A DNA stretch of 63,609 nt, the filler included, from Candidatus Nanoarchaeia archaeon (GTDB lineage Archaea; Nanobdellota; Nanobdellia; Woesearchaeales; DATDTY01), in the NCBI GenBank assembly GCA_035290625.1. It is 5 parts of 5 records of this genome, joined end to end, with 100 filler letters (N's around TTAATTAATTAA, not from the genome) between each part and the next. Parts side by side here need not be neighbours in the genome. Positions count along the whole stretch, not along the records: positions 1 to 15,498 come from DATDTY010000030.1; 4 more parts are not named here. One strand, 5' to 3'. Position numbers and translations under genes: made by a program. This document shows, piece by piece, positions 1 to 8,304 of this stretch (within the stretch, counting starts at the first letter, position 1; every line of letters starts with the position of its first letter). Under the pieces are notes generated by a model. That model saw only the letters and a list, made by a program, of their open reading frames with translations. It made no database searches and had not been told where the DNA came from.

Positions 1-134
1 AACCCCCCTCAACCGCTGCTTAACAATCCAAACTCTTTTCTCATAAGTCAACTTGTACATGTAGCCTCACCACAGGTGAGGCTATCAGCCGGAAGTAAAA
101 ACGTGACTACCGGAAGTAAAAACGTGATAGCACA
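1..134 (-). mobile_element. Left end of IS481-like insertion sequence, truncated by contig start
   Basis: Exact reverse complement of 15365-15498; terminal TGT, two 18-bp subterminal repeats, SD GGTGAGG then ATG at 60 reading MYKLTYEKRVWIVKQRLRGV off the contig. Confidence 0.7.
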
Positions 135-150
135 ATGGCGCCCCACCTTA

Positions 151-164
151 GAAACATTTAAATA
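151..164 (+). promoter_or_regulatory. Putative BRE/TATA promoter
   Basis: GAAACA-TTTAAATA about 25 nt upstream of the 189 start. Confidence 0.45.
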
Positions 165-188
165 CATGCAAAACTGTTTTAGGGTCTG

Positions 189-1649
189 TTGACCCCCATG
201 AAGCTAGCTCTTGTACTATCAATCCTATTTGTCTTATTTAGCAGTTCAGCCCTTGGTTTTGGTTTTGATGTTACTCTTGAACCTATCAGAGATCAAATAA
301 CCAGAGGCGAGTCAGCCGATTTCACAGTCACTTTTGTGAATAAGCTCCCAAAAACCAATGTATTGCGCCTTGCCTCAGAGGATTTCACCCGCTGGACTCT
401 GCAAACCGACCCACAAAGCGCGAGGCTAAGCGGTGTTATGATACCTTCTGGAGGGACAGCTTCAGCAGTCCTGCAGCTCTTCCCCTCCAAGCAAATCACG
501 CCAGGGAGATACACAATCCAGGTTGAATTCAGGTCTGAAACCAACGGAGATGTGCTGCGCAAAGGCCTGGATGTCAATTACGTCTCCCTTGAGTCAATCT
601 TGAGGAAATATGTTCCCGAGCTTCAGGTGAGCATTAACCTGCCTCACGAAGGCATGCTTGACCCAAGAGGAGACAGAAACGGCGTTACTTCGATTGATGT
701 TGGTGTGAAGAACAAGAATCCCCTCTACTTGGAGAATGTTATCGTGAGGCTCAAATCACAGCTCTTTGATATGGAAACTTCTATTGGAGACCTGCAGCCT
801 CTTGAGCGGAAATTCGCCACATTTGATGTCAAGCTTGATCCCCACGAAACACCAAAGACAGATACCTTGCTTGCAGCTGCAGTCATCGGGAACATCACCT
901 TTGTCGATATCGAGACCTTTGAGATTGCCGGTTATGAGCTTCCATTTGTGGAATCCTCCTCTTCCCAGGAAGCATTTATGAAGACCGCGACTTCTGTGGA
1001 AGTCTCAAATCCCAGCAATGTCGCAAAAGAGCAGGATGTACTCCTGGAAACAAGATTTCTGCAATCTCTCTTCACATCCACCTCCCCCCATGCAACAATA
1101 ACAACACAAGACGGCAAGCGCCTTCTCACGTGGCATGTCACTCTTCCTGCAAGCGGATCGATTATCCTTCGTGCCACTACAAATTACCGGCCATTCTTTT
1201 ATATCCTCATCATCGCCCTGGCGGCGTTAGGAATTTACCTACGCCTGCGAAGTCCGCTTGTAATATTCAAGTCTGTGAGGGAGGTGGCGAAGCACGAAGG
1301 CGGTATTTCGATGTTCAAAGTAATCCTGCATATTAAGAATCGGAGCAAACACAGCCTCCATGGCATTGAGGTTACTGACTCTGTCCCGAGCATTGCTGAT
1401 ATCAGGCCTGGCGAGATGTCAGGCACATTGCCTCCCACAAAGATCCTGACCAATACAAGGAAAGGCTCTATTGCCAAATGGGAACTCCATGCACTGGAAG
1501 GCCATGAGGAGCGGGTATTATCCTATCTTGTCAAGTCAAAACTTTCTATTCTTGGCACACTGGAGATCCCCCTTGCCAAGGCAAGGTTTGTCACAAAGAA
1601 AGGGAGACATATCATCAGCAGAAGCAATGTTGTGAAATTAAATGCCTGA
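189..1649 (+). CDS. Secreted/membrane-anchored hypothetical protein (Ig-like/S-layer-like domains)
   Basis: 486-aa ORF, N-terminal signal peptide, beta-rich ectodomain, TM helix near residue 340; start may be ATG 198. Confidence 0.75.
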   Translation: MTPMKLALVLSILFVLFSSSALGFGFDVTLEPIRDQITRGESADFTVTFVNKLPKTNVLRLASEDFTRWTLQTDPQSARLSGVMIPSGGTASAVLQLFPSKQITPGRYTIQVEFRSETNGDVLRKGLDVNYVSLESILRKYVPELQVSINLPHEGMLDPRGDRNGVTSIDVGVKNKNPLYLENVIVRLKSQLFDMETSIGDLQPLERKFATFDVKLDPHETPKTDTLLAAAVIGNITFVDIETFEIAGYELPFVESSSSQEAFMKTATSVEVSNPSNVAKEQDVLLETRFLQSLFTSTSPHATITTQDGKRLLTWHVTLPASGSIILRATTNYRPFFYILIIALAALGIYLRLRSPLVIFKSVREVAKHEGGISMFKVILHIKNRSKHSLHGIEVTDSVPSIADIRPGEMSGTLPPTKILTNTRKGSIAKWELHALEGHEERVLSYLVKSKLSILGTLEIPLAKARFVTKKGRHIISRSNVVKLNA

Positions 1650-1651
1650 TC

Positions 1652-2524
1652 TCAGCTTGCCTTCTCAGCTTTATTGACTGCAGCAACGGATGCCAGGGCA
1701 ACTTCAATCTGGTCATCCCTGGGATTTCTTGTTGTAATCTTCTGCAGCCAGAGCCCCGGTAGAATGAAAGGCCTCATCAGCGGGTTTTTTTCATGTTTTG
1801 CCGCAAAGCGCAGAATCTCGTAGGAGATGCCTGCGATTACCGGAATAAGGATTATCCTCCCAACAAATTGAGCGAGGATTGATGAGCGGGTCACCACAGA
1901 GAAGACCAGTATAGACAGCAGGAGAACTATAAAAAGAAAACTTGTCCCGCATCTTGGATGGATGGGCGAAAACCTTCTGACGTTAGCGCCCGTAAGCTTC
2001 ATATTAGCCTCATGGCAGTGAACTGCCATGTGCTCTGCACCGTGGTATTGGAAGACCCTCTTCACATCTTTGAATACCGAGATGATGAGGAGATAGAGAA
2101 GGAACACTATAATCCTGAATATCCCATCTATGACGTTAAATGCTATCCCTGGCTTTGAAGTGATGATCTTAGTGAGGACAAGGGGAAGGAAAATGAACAT
2201 TGTGATTGCTGCAACGACTGCGAAGGCGACGGTAAAGAAAATCTCTTTTTTTGATGCCTTCCCTTCTTCCTCTTCTGCCTGGTTGGAACTCCAAATCATA
2301 GACTCCATCCCAATAACCATCATATCATAGAGGTTGATGATTCCCCGGATGAATGGGACTTTTGCTGAAGGCCGGGGCCGCAGCTTTTTTACCATTGTCA
2401 GGATTTTCCCCTTCTTCCGCACAGAGACCGCATAATGGGCAGGGCCTTTGATCATCACGCCTTCAATCACTGCCTGACCGCCCAGAAGAAGCTTTTCCTG
2501 CGCCACCTGGCCAAAAAGTTCCAT
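1652..2524 (-). CDS. DUF1385 (YqhQ-like) membrane protein
   Basis: GGQAVIEGVM, FQYHGAEH and HPRCGTSF motifs. Confidence 0.9.
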   Translation of the reverse strand: MELFGQVAQEKLLLGGQAVIEGVMIKGPAHYAVSVRKKGKILTMVKKLRPRPSAKVPFIRGIINLYDMMVIGMESMIWSSNQAEEEEGKASKKEIFFTVAFAVVAAITMFIFLPLVLTKIITSKPGIAFNVIDGIFRIIVFLLYLLIISVFKDVKRVFQYHGAEHMAVHCHEANMKLTGANVRRFSPIHPRCGTSFLFIVLLLSILVFSVVTRSSILAQFVGRIILIPVIAGISYEILRFAAKHEKNPLMRPFILPGLWLQKITTRNPRDDQIEVALASVAAVNKAEKAS

Positions 2525-2599
2525 GGTCCTTAATAACTTTGTGATTGATAGAAAGTTTTATAAATAGTTACTCTATAGTAGTAATGTATCGGTGGCAAA

Positions 2600-3532
2600 A
2601 TGTATACTACGGAAGAACTTGGAGAGGCACAGGATACCTTTACTGGAAAAAGAAGGTTATCTACCCATGAAGTTGAAATTGTAAGACACGAATTTGGAGA
2701 TAAACAAATACCAAATTACATCTACCCATTCGTTGGACTATTTGCCACTAATCCTGATTTATATAAAAAAATATTCGTGGATGAGAGAGCACAGAACTAT
2801 TCTTTATTTGGATTCTTCCCTGAAACTTTTGAACTGGTTTACGGCAGTGAAGTTTCACCAGCACTATCTTTTGATGGTGGAAATAGGGGTATCGTCGGAA
2901 TTATTAAACACCCTACAAAGAAAGTTGTTATTAAACCTACACAGAACAGCAGAGAACATGAAGTTGCACAGATAGCTGATGAATTGGGAGTTGGTCCAAA
3001 ACAATATGCAAGTTTAGACGGATTTTTGTCTGAAGAATTTATTGAAGGTGATTTATTTTCAAAATTAAGAGGGGATAGAACCTCTGCTGATACTATGTAT
3101 ACTGCGGGAACGAGAATGGGGGAGATTCTGACAAAGCTGCATTCTAGAGAAATTTATTACAATGATACCATCATTACTGATGATTTAGGAAAGTCTCATG
3201 TTATATTCCCAGAAGCCTCAGTTGCAGTTTTATTTGATTACGGTGTTGCATTAAGGCTTGATCAACATCCAAACTTCACTGATGAAGAAGTGTATAACTT
3301 CGCTAGAACATTTCCAATGGTTAGTATGTTCTTAGGACTGCAACCATCACAAGAGCAAATACAGAAACTTGTGAAGCAATATCGTCCGCAATTACAGACA
3401 GCTACAAAAGACCAAATTACGGCTAGAGACATCAATTTTATAAATGAGGGTTTAACATTTGCGGCATATAGGCTAGGGAATCATGTTGTGGAACCATTCT
3501 TGAAAGGATTCAAAGAGACCTATCGCGCATAA
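2600..3532 (+). CDS. Protein-kinase-like fold protein
   Basis: VVIKP lysine, GVGPK, EEFIEG hinge, LHSREIYYND catalytic loop, LFDYG (DFG-like); AT-rich. Confidence 0.7.
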   Translation: MYTTEELGEAQDTFTGKRRLSTHEVEIVRHEFGDKQIPNYIYPFVGLFATNPDLYKKIFVDERAQNYSLFGFFPETFELVYGSEVSPALSFDGGNRGIVGIIKHPTKKVVIKPTQNSREHEVAQIADELGVGPKQYASLDGFLSEEFIEGDLFSKLRGDRTSADTMYTAGTRMGEILTKLHSREIYYNDTIITDDLGKSHVIFPEASVAVLFDYGVALRLDQHPNFTDEEVYNFARTFPMVSMFLGLQPSQEQIQKLVKQYRPQLQTATKDQITARDINFINEGLTFAAYRLGNHVVEPFLKGFKETYRA

Positions 3533-3582
3533 GGCGCCAGAACAACTAGAATTTCTCAAACGCTTCGTAGCCCAATTACAGA

Positions 3583-3605
3583 TAACATTGGAATTCCTGT
3601 TAAAT
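3583..3605. repeat. Short attC-like fold (empty form)
   Basis: TAACA-TT-GGAATTCC-TGTTA followed by AAT, giving a GTTAAAT (GTTRRRY) core. Confidence 0.55.
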
Positions 3606-3631
3606 ACTTTTCCCATACGCAGTGTGGGAAA
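3592..3631 (+). repeat. 40-bp perfect direct repeat, copy 1
   Basis: AATTCCTGTTAAATACTTTTCCCATACGCAGTGTGGGAAA, identical at 4055-4094; contains hairpin TTTCCCATAC-GCA-GTGTGGGAAA. Confidence 0.95.
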
Positions 3632-3646
3632 CCTGCGTCCGCAGAG

Positions 3647-3880
3647 TAAATCTGGAGTCCGTCTATCCAATGAGTGATAGCGATACAACAAGACAAAGTA
3701 TCAGGGGGCAATTTTTACTATGTTTTTACAATAGTCCAAAATCTAATTACAGACTCTTTAGATGCATTACCTGATGCAATCCCCTTATTAGTTGTAATAT
3801 TGATCTTCTGGATATTGTTTAGAGAGAAGAAGGAATAATAAGAAATTGCCCCTATTCTATTCTTTAGGACTCCAGATTTA
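3647..3880. repeat. Two-layer nested inverted-repeat cassette
   Basis: TAAATCTGGAGTCC 3647-3660 / GGACTCCAGATTTA 3867-3880; GGGGCAATTT 3705-3714 / AAATTGCCCC 3843-3852. Confidence 0.85.
3674..3838 (+). CDS. Possible 54-aa membrane peptide or captured gene 3' fragment
   Basis: Open frame ending ...DAIPLLVVILIFWILFREKKE-stop just before the inner right repeat; GTG start uncertain; not in ORF track. Confidence 0.3.
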   Translation: MIAIQQDKVSGGNFYYVFTIVQNLITDSLDALPDAIPLLVVILIFWILFREKKE

Positions 3881-3884
3881 TTGA

Positions 3885-4068
3885 AACTAACATCGGAATT
3901 TAACGAAGTTTTTTCTCCTCCAAAATCCGAGCCTCGAAATTCTCGGCATCCCTGAGAATTTCAGAGTTGCGAGGATTTTGAGAGATGAGAAAAAATTTGG
4001 GAGAGCAGGGGAAAACGCTTGGCGTTTTAGCGTCAGCGACCGAATTTCTCGTTAAATTCCTGTTAAAT
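3885..4068. repeat. Long attC-like branched palindrome (filled form)
   Basis: CTAACATCGGAATTTAACGA...TCGTTAAATTCCTGTTAAAT with two unpaired bases; internal arms TTTTTCTC/GAGAAAAA, CAAAATCC/GGATTTTG, GAAATTCTC/GAGAATTTC. Confidence 0.7.
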
Positions 4069-4094
4069 ACTTTTCCCATACGCAGTGTGGGAAA
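4055..4094 (+). repeat. 40-bp perfect direct repeat, copy 2
   Basis: Identical to 3592-3631. Confidence 0.95.
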
Positions 4095-4273
4095 ATTTCG
4101 ACCGAAAAGTAAAATTTCCATTTCTAATAGATTCTGCCGAAGGCAGACTAAAGTTTAGGGGGAGTTCCGTTCTATCTAGCTCGAAGAGCCTTAGAGAACA
4201 TAAATCTGGGGGACAATTTTAACACATCAAAGGCGAAGCCTCTTTCAGTAAAAGAATTAAGGGGAGTTCCGTA

Positions 4274-6634
4274 TTATAGAGTTGTTATCATTCTAGCTTG
4301 TAAAATAAACGGATTATTATCTTTTATGGCATATTCAATATCCATAGGCATATTGTAATGTTCCTCAATTTGTTTGCCTATTTTTGCCATTTTCAAAATA
4401 AGTTCTGTATCTAGATTAAATAACTCTTTATTTGTATGAATCTTCATATTTTTTTTATCTATCAGATAGCTATTAGGTGTAGTTTTACCAGAAACTAATG
4501 ATTCGCCCAATCCTTGAACAGCCTCAATAAGCATATGTTTCTTATTAACAGGATCAATGGTGAACATAACTCCTGCAAAATCTGCTTCTATCATCTCTTG
4601 GACAACTACTGATATTGAAACGTGTTCATGTTCAAAATTGTTTTTTACTCTATAGTATATTGCTCGTGATGTAAATAAAGAAGCCCAACATTTTTGAACA
4701 GAATTGATAAGGCTTTTTTCATCTTTGACATTCAAATAAGTATCTTGTTGCCCAGCAAAGGAAGCTGATGGCAAGTCTTCTGCTGTAGCGCTGCTCCTTA
4801 CAGCAACATTTTTTGAATTTAATTGTAGATAGTTAGTGATTATATCTTTTTTTAATTGTTCTGGGAAATTTTGTTTGATTATCAATTCTCTAATCTTCAT
4901 AGAAGTATTGTTTAGATGATTGGAATCCTCAACATCTAGATTTTTCAATAACGCAATAATCTGTAGTTTAATATTGGCAGTCTTTAGGAAGGAATCATAA
5001 GCATTAACTGAAATACAAAATCCATTAGGCACAGGAAACAAATTGAACATTTCTCCCAAATTTGCGCCTTTTCCTCCTACTGTAGCAATATCATTTTTTG
5101 AAATGTCCTTAAACCAGAAAATATTTCCTTCCCTAATTGTTGAAATGGCTTCCGCTGTAACTTTTTTTCTGACTTTGACTATGCGTTTTTCTAGCTTTAT
5201 TAACTCGTTAAACTCTTCCTCACTAATTCTAGTAACTATTCCTTTATTTGCATCTAATTTTATTAAGTCGCCGTCATCAAGAATCAATGTTGCGATGCTA
5301 CAGCCTACAATACAAGGCAAACCAACTTCTCTGGAAATTATAGCAGCATGACAGGCTGCCCCGCCCTCATCTGTAATTATTCCTTTAACTTTTTTAACTA
5401 ATATCATCATTGTAGGGTTAGTCATTCCAGTAACAAGAATATCATCCTTACCTAATGTTTCTGCTATTGCAAATAACTTGTTTGGGTCATCTGCTTTGAC
5501 AATTCTTGCCTTTCCTACAACCATGCCTTTATTGGCAATGGTTCCAGTAAAGGATTTAGTATTCTTATCAGGAAGATGCGGATCAAGTATCTCTTTTTTC
5601 ATCAATAATGCACTTTCTCCGCTATAAGACTTAATTTTGCTATCTGAAAAATACAGTAAAAAATAGGCTTTTCTGTTTTGTAGTTCATCTGATGATATTA
5701 TTTTATTATTAATCAGCTCAATAATTTCTTTATATGTATAAAACATGTAGACATCCCTAACAGAACAGTTTGCTTTTTGTGCCATCTTCTTGTAAAATGG
5801 AAGCATATGAAAAACTTCTCCATTCCAACAAGATTTTATGAGGAGCCTGGTCAAAGCGGCGTTTTGTATAAACCATGCCAACTCCTTAATTTCTTGATTA
5901 TTTAAATTAGCAAAAATCTCGGTTTGTTGTTTTTTAATATTGCTCCTTCTTTTATTCGCTTCTTCAATTTCTTTATCTATTTTTTGCTTTGTAGTATGCT
6001 CAACTCTATTTTTTGCCCATTTAAGAGCATCATCCTCAGAAGTGATATTTGCTAATAATATTGAATATTTTTTTGCGTGCTCAAGAATAGATTTTTCATC
6101 AGGATTATCTAATAATTTTCTCCATTCGATTAATTCTTTCAGCAATATATCATTTTCATGAGGTGTAGTTAATATTTGATAATATTCTTCGCTTTTAGTA
6201 GGAGCAGAACTATCTAGTATTTGTTTAAGTTTAGTTTCTACAGCAAGGGTTACATGAGCGGTGGTGGTTACAAAATGTGCATAAATTCTCCTTAGATTGA
6301 AGATGTATGTTTGGTACAAGGTTACTAATTGTTCTCCTTCTTTATCCAGATTTAGTAAGAGGGAATTAGCAGCTTTCCAGTAGTCTGTTACCTCTTTCTT
6401 TTGCCTTTCCAATGTTAATTTCGCAGTTTCGTGATTGAGAAGTTTTTCCCCAGCTGTATTCATTTGTTTTATATCTTCATCAGTCCAAAACCATTGACCA
6501 TATCCATCTTTGTTCCAGAAAATTATATTTTTTTGAACACAACCGATAATATCTTTATCAAAGATGTGCCTTTCCATCTGCAAAATATGCTTATTAATTG
6601 GCTGTTCTCCAGTTGCATAAAGAATGTATATCAT
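4274..6634 (-). CDS. PEP-synthase/rifampin-phosphotransferase-like dikinase with permuted domain order
   Basis: Helical N-domain, His swivel domain (TDEGGAACHAAIISRE), C-terminal ATP-grasp (VGGKGANLGE, AVRSSATAEDLPSASFAGQQDTY); no pyruvate-binding barrel; ATG 6634 preferred over 6724. Confidence 0.85.
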   Translation of the reverse strand: MIYILYATGEQPINKHILQMERHIFDKDIIGCVQKNIIFWNKDGYGQWFWTDEDIKQMNTAGEKLLNHETAKLTLERQKKEVTDYWKAANSLLLNLDKEGEQLVTLYQTYIFNLRRIYAHFVTTTAHVTLAVETKLKQILDSSAPTKSEEYYQILTTPHENDILLKELIEWRKLLDNPDEKSILEHAKKYSILLANITSEDDALKWAKNRVEHTTKQKIDKEIEEANKRRSNIKKQQTEIFANLNNQEIKELAWFIQNAALTRLLIKSCWNGEVFHMLPFYKKMAQKANCSVRDVYMFYTYKEIIELINNKIISSDELQNRKAYFLLYFSDSKIKSYSGESALLMKKEILDPHLPDKNTKSFTGTIANKGMVVGKARIVKADDPNKLFAIAETLGKDDILVTGMTNPTMMILVKKVKGIITDEGGAACHAAIISREVGLPCIVGCSIATLILDDGDLIKLDANKGIVTRISEEEFNELIKLEKRIVKVRKKVTAEAISTIREGNIFWFKDISKNDIATVGGKGANLGEMFNLFPVPNGFCISVNAYDSFLKTANIKLQIIALLKNLDVEDSNHLNNTSMKIRELIIKQNFPEQLKKDIITNYLQLNSKNVAVRSSATAEDLPSASFAGQQDTYLNVKDEKSLINSVQKCWASLFTSRAIYYRVKNNFEHEHVSISVVVQEMIEADFAGVMFTIDPVNKKHMLIEAVQGLGESLVSGKTTPNSYLIDKKNMKIHTNKELFNLDTELILKMAKIGKQIEEHYNMPMDIEYAIKDNNPFILQARMITTL

Positions 6635-6650
6635 CAGAATAAACAAAAAG

Positions 6651-7301
6651 CTACATCTTTTTAAACATTTCGGCAATAGCTTTTTTTCTAGTATCCATAA
6701 AATATTGTACTTGTTTAACTGCACCTGGAAGTCCGCTTTTTAGATTATCTTCCAGATCAGTCTCGCCAACGAGTTGTCCATAAGTCATTAGAGGAATACT
6801 AGTTGAATTCAATACTTTTTTTAATTTTCCTAATGTTTTTTCATCCATTCCTAATACCATTCCCAAATTAGGTTTTTCTTCGAATGGGGTATAAATGCCA
6901 GGATGATACTCTTTAGGTATTCCAGCTTGTTCAAGAGCAATATTACGATATGCTGCTATCATTCCATGAACAATAGGTCTAACTTCAGAATAGAACAATC
7001 CCATCTTAGCTGAATCTTGGTCGCTTAACTCTGAGGAAGTATGATATGCTCCCAATAATGCTTCAATTTCTTTCTTTTTATCTACTCTTACTAATCCATA
7101 ATGTAATCCTGCCTCTAATACGTTAACCATTGTATCCAATGCTACGTTGTTATCAAGAATGTTCCTAACATTTATACCAGCACTTTCTATTGCAATTTTG
7201 TCTGAATCTTGCTCATGTAAGGCATATTTCATAACAGCTTCATAAGTAGGACTACGCTGAACGTTTGCAGAACATACTCCTAATGCAATTTGTGGGTTCA
7301 T
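6651..7301 (-). CDS. Low-molecular-weight PTP/arsenate-reductase-like protein
   Basis: N-terminal VCSANVQRSP (CX5RS P-loop) followed by IESAG. Confidence 0.7.
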   Translation of the reverse strand: MNPQIALGVCSANVQRSPTYEAVMKYALHEQDSDKIAIESAGINVRNILDNNVALDTMVNVLEAGLHYGLVRVDKKKEIEALLGAYHTSSELSDQDSAKMGLFYSEVRPIVHGMIAAYRNIALEQAGIPKEYHPGIYTPFEEKPNLGMVLGMDEKTLGKLKKVLNSTSIPLMTYGQLVGETDLEDNLKSGLPGAVKQVQYFMDTRKKAIAEMFKKM

Positions 7302-7321
7302 AAGAGCACTTATGCAGTTTG

Positions 7322-7337
7322 AGTATATAAATGTTTC
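7322..7337 (-). promoter_or_regulatory. BRE/TATA promoter of cassette cargo
   Basis: Minus strand GAAACATTTATATACT about 25 nt upstream of ATG 7301. Confidence 0.6.
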
Positions 7338-7662
7338 TTTTTTTATTACTAATAAGTAGTATCAATGCCGAACTCCCCCATCAGTTTAAAATTGTCCCCC
7401 TTCCAAATTATATATTTCTGCGTAGCAGACTATATGTGCGAAGCACGGAACTCCCCCGTTTTTTTCGTCTAAGAAATGGAAATTTTATTGTATTTAACTC
7501 CCATTCAACGAAGCAAAATCTCTTTTAATAACCGATTGAAACACAACATGTGCAGTATGTCATTCTAAGCACAGACGGCTTTCATTGGTTGCAGTGGAGT
7601 AACTCTTTTCTGTAAACAATGCTGTGATGATCAAGAAGAGCAACCCGATTCTTTCATGCGCC

Positions 7663-8304
7663 TTACCGCTTCAGTAACACAGCCCTTACAGGAGCTCCGT
7701 TTCCATCCTTAATCTTCATCGGGAAGCCAATAAACGTATAGACTCCTGGCCTGGCTTTTGAGAGGTCCAGCCCTTCAAATACAACGATTCCTTTAGGGAT
7801 CAGGATGTCGTGGGCAGCAGGCTTTGGAGAATGAAACTGCTGCACTGAAAGGTAATCGATGCCAACAGCCTTGACCTTCTTCCTTGCCAGAAATTCTGCT
7901 CCGGAATTTGCAAGAAAAATAAAATCCTTCCTGAATCTATCCAGCTCCAGGCTAGAATTTCTGGTTTTTAGCAGGATAATCTCCCCTTTCTTTATTCCAT
8001 GATCTTTAATGTGCTTCTCCTCAATTCCTTTGCCAAATGGAACTGACGTGGTGTCAATAACCGTGCATCTTCCATAACATCTGGAGAGCGGAATCCTGTC
8101 AACGCCCGGCTTGTTGTTGTTGATATGAAGAGGGCTGTCAACATGGGTTCCGGTATGCGTTCCCATACTGATAAGAGAGGTGTTTGAAGAGTTTCTTGGG
8201 ATCGTGGCTACAGCAGCCATAGAAACCTCGGGATTTCCAGGGTATACTGCCATCCCTGCAGCTATTGCCCTGGTAATGTCAATCAATCTCTTTTCATTTT
8301 TCAA
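7663..8304 (-). CDS. Cyclase-family (kynurenine formamidase-like) metal hydrolase
   Basis: HTGTHVDSPLH, GIDYLS, GNGAPVRA; TTG start after GGAGG, overlapping gnd stop. Confidence 0.9.
   Translation of the reverse strand: MKNEKRLIDITRAIAAGMAVYPGNPEVSMAAVATIPRNSSNTSLISMGTHTGTHVDSPLHINNNKPGVDRIPLSRCYGRCTVIDTTSVPFGKGIEEKHIKDHGIKKGEIILLKTRNSSLELDRFRKDFIFLANSGAEFLARKKVKAVGIDYLSVQQFHSPKPAAHDILIPKGIVVFEGLDLSKARPGVYTFIGFPMKIKDGNGAPVRAVLLKR

Larger units (their letters stand above)
4110..7487. mobile_element. Cassette bounded by four nested inverted-repeat pairs, carrying a two-gene unit
   Basis: Pairs 4110-4125/7472-7487 (16 bp), 4158-4170/7445-7457 (13 bp), 4208-4222/7386-7400 (15 bp), 4261-4275/7364-7378 (13 of 15); mobility is inferred. 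Confidence 0.7.

Noticed and set aside
3592..4094. CRISPR array
   Set aside because: Only two copies, 423 bp apart, and no cas genes
3473..4121. ORFs 3473-3691 and 3900-4121 sharing FPTLRMGKVFNRN
   Set aside because: Translation of the non-coding 40-bp repeat
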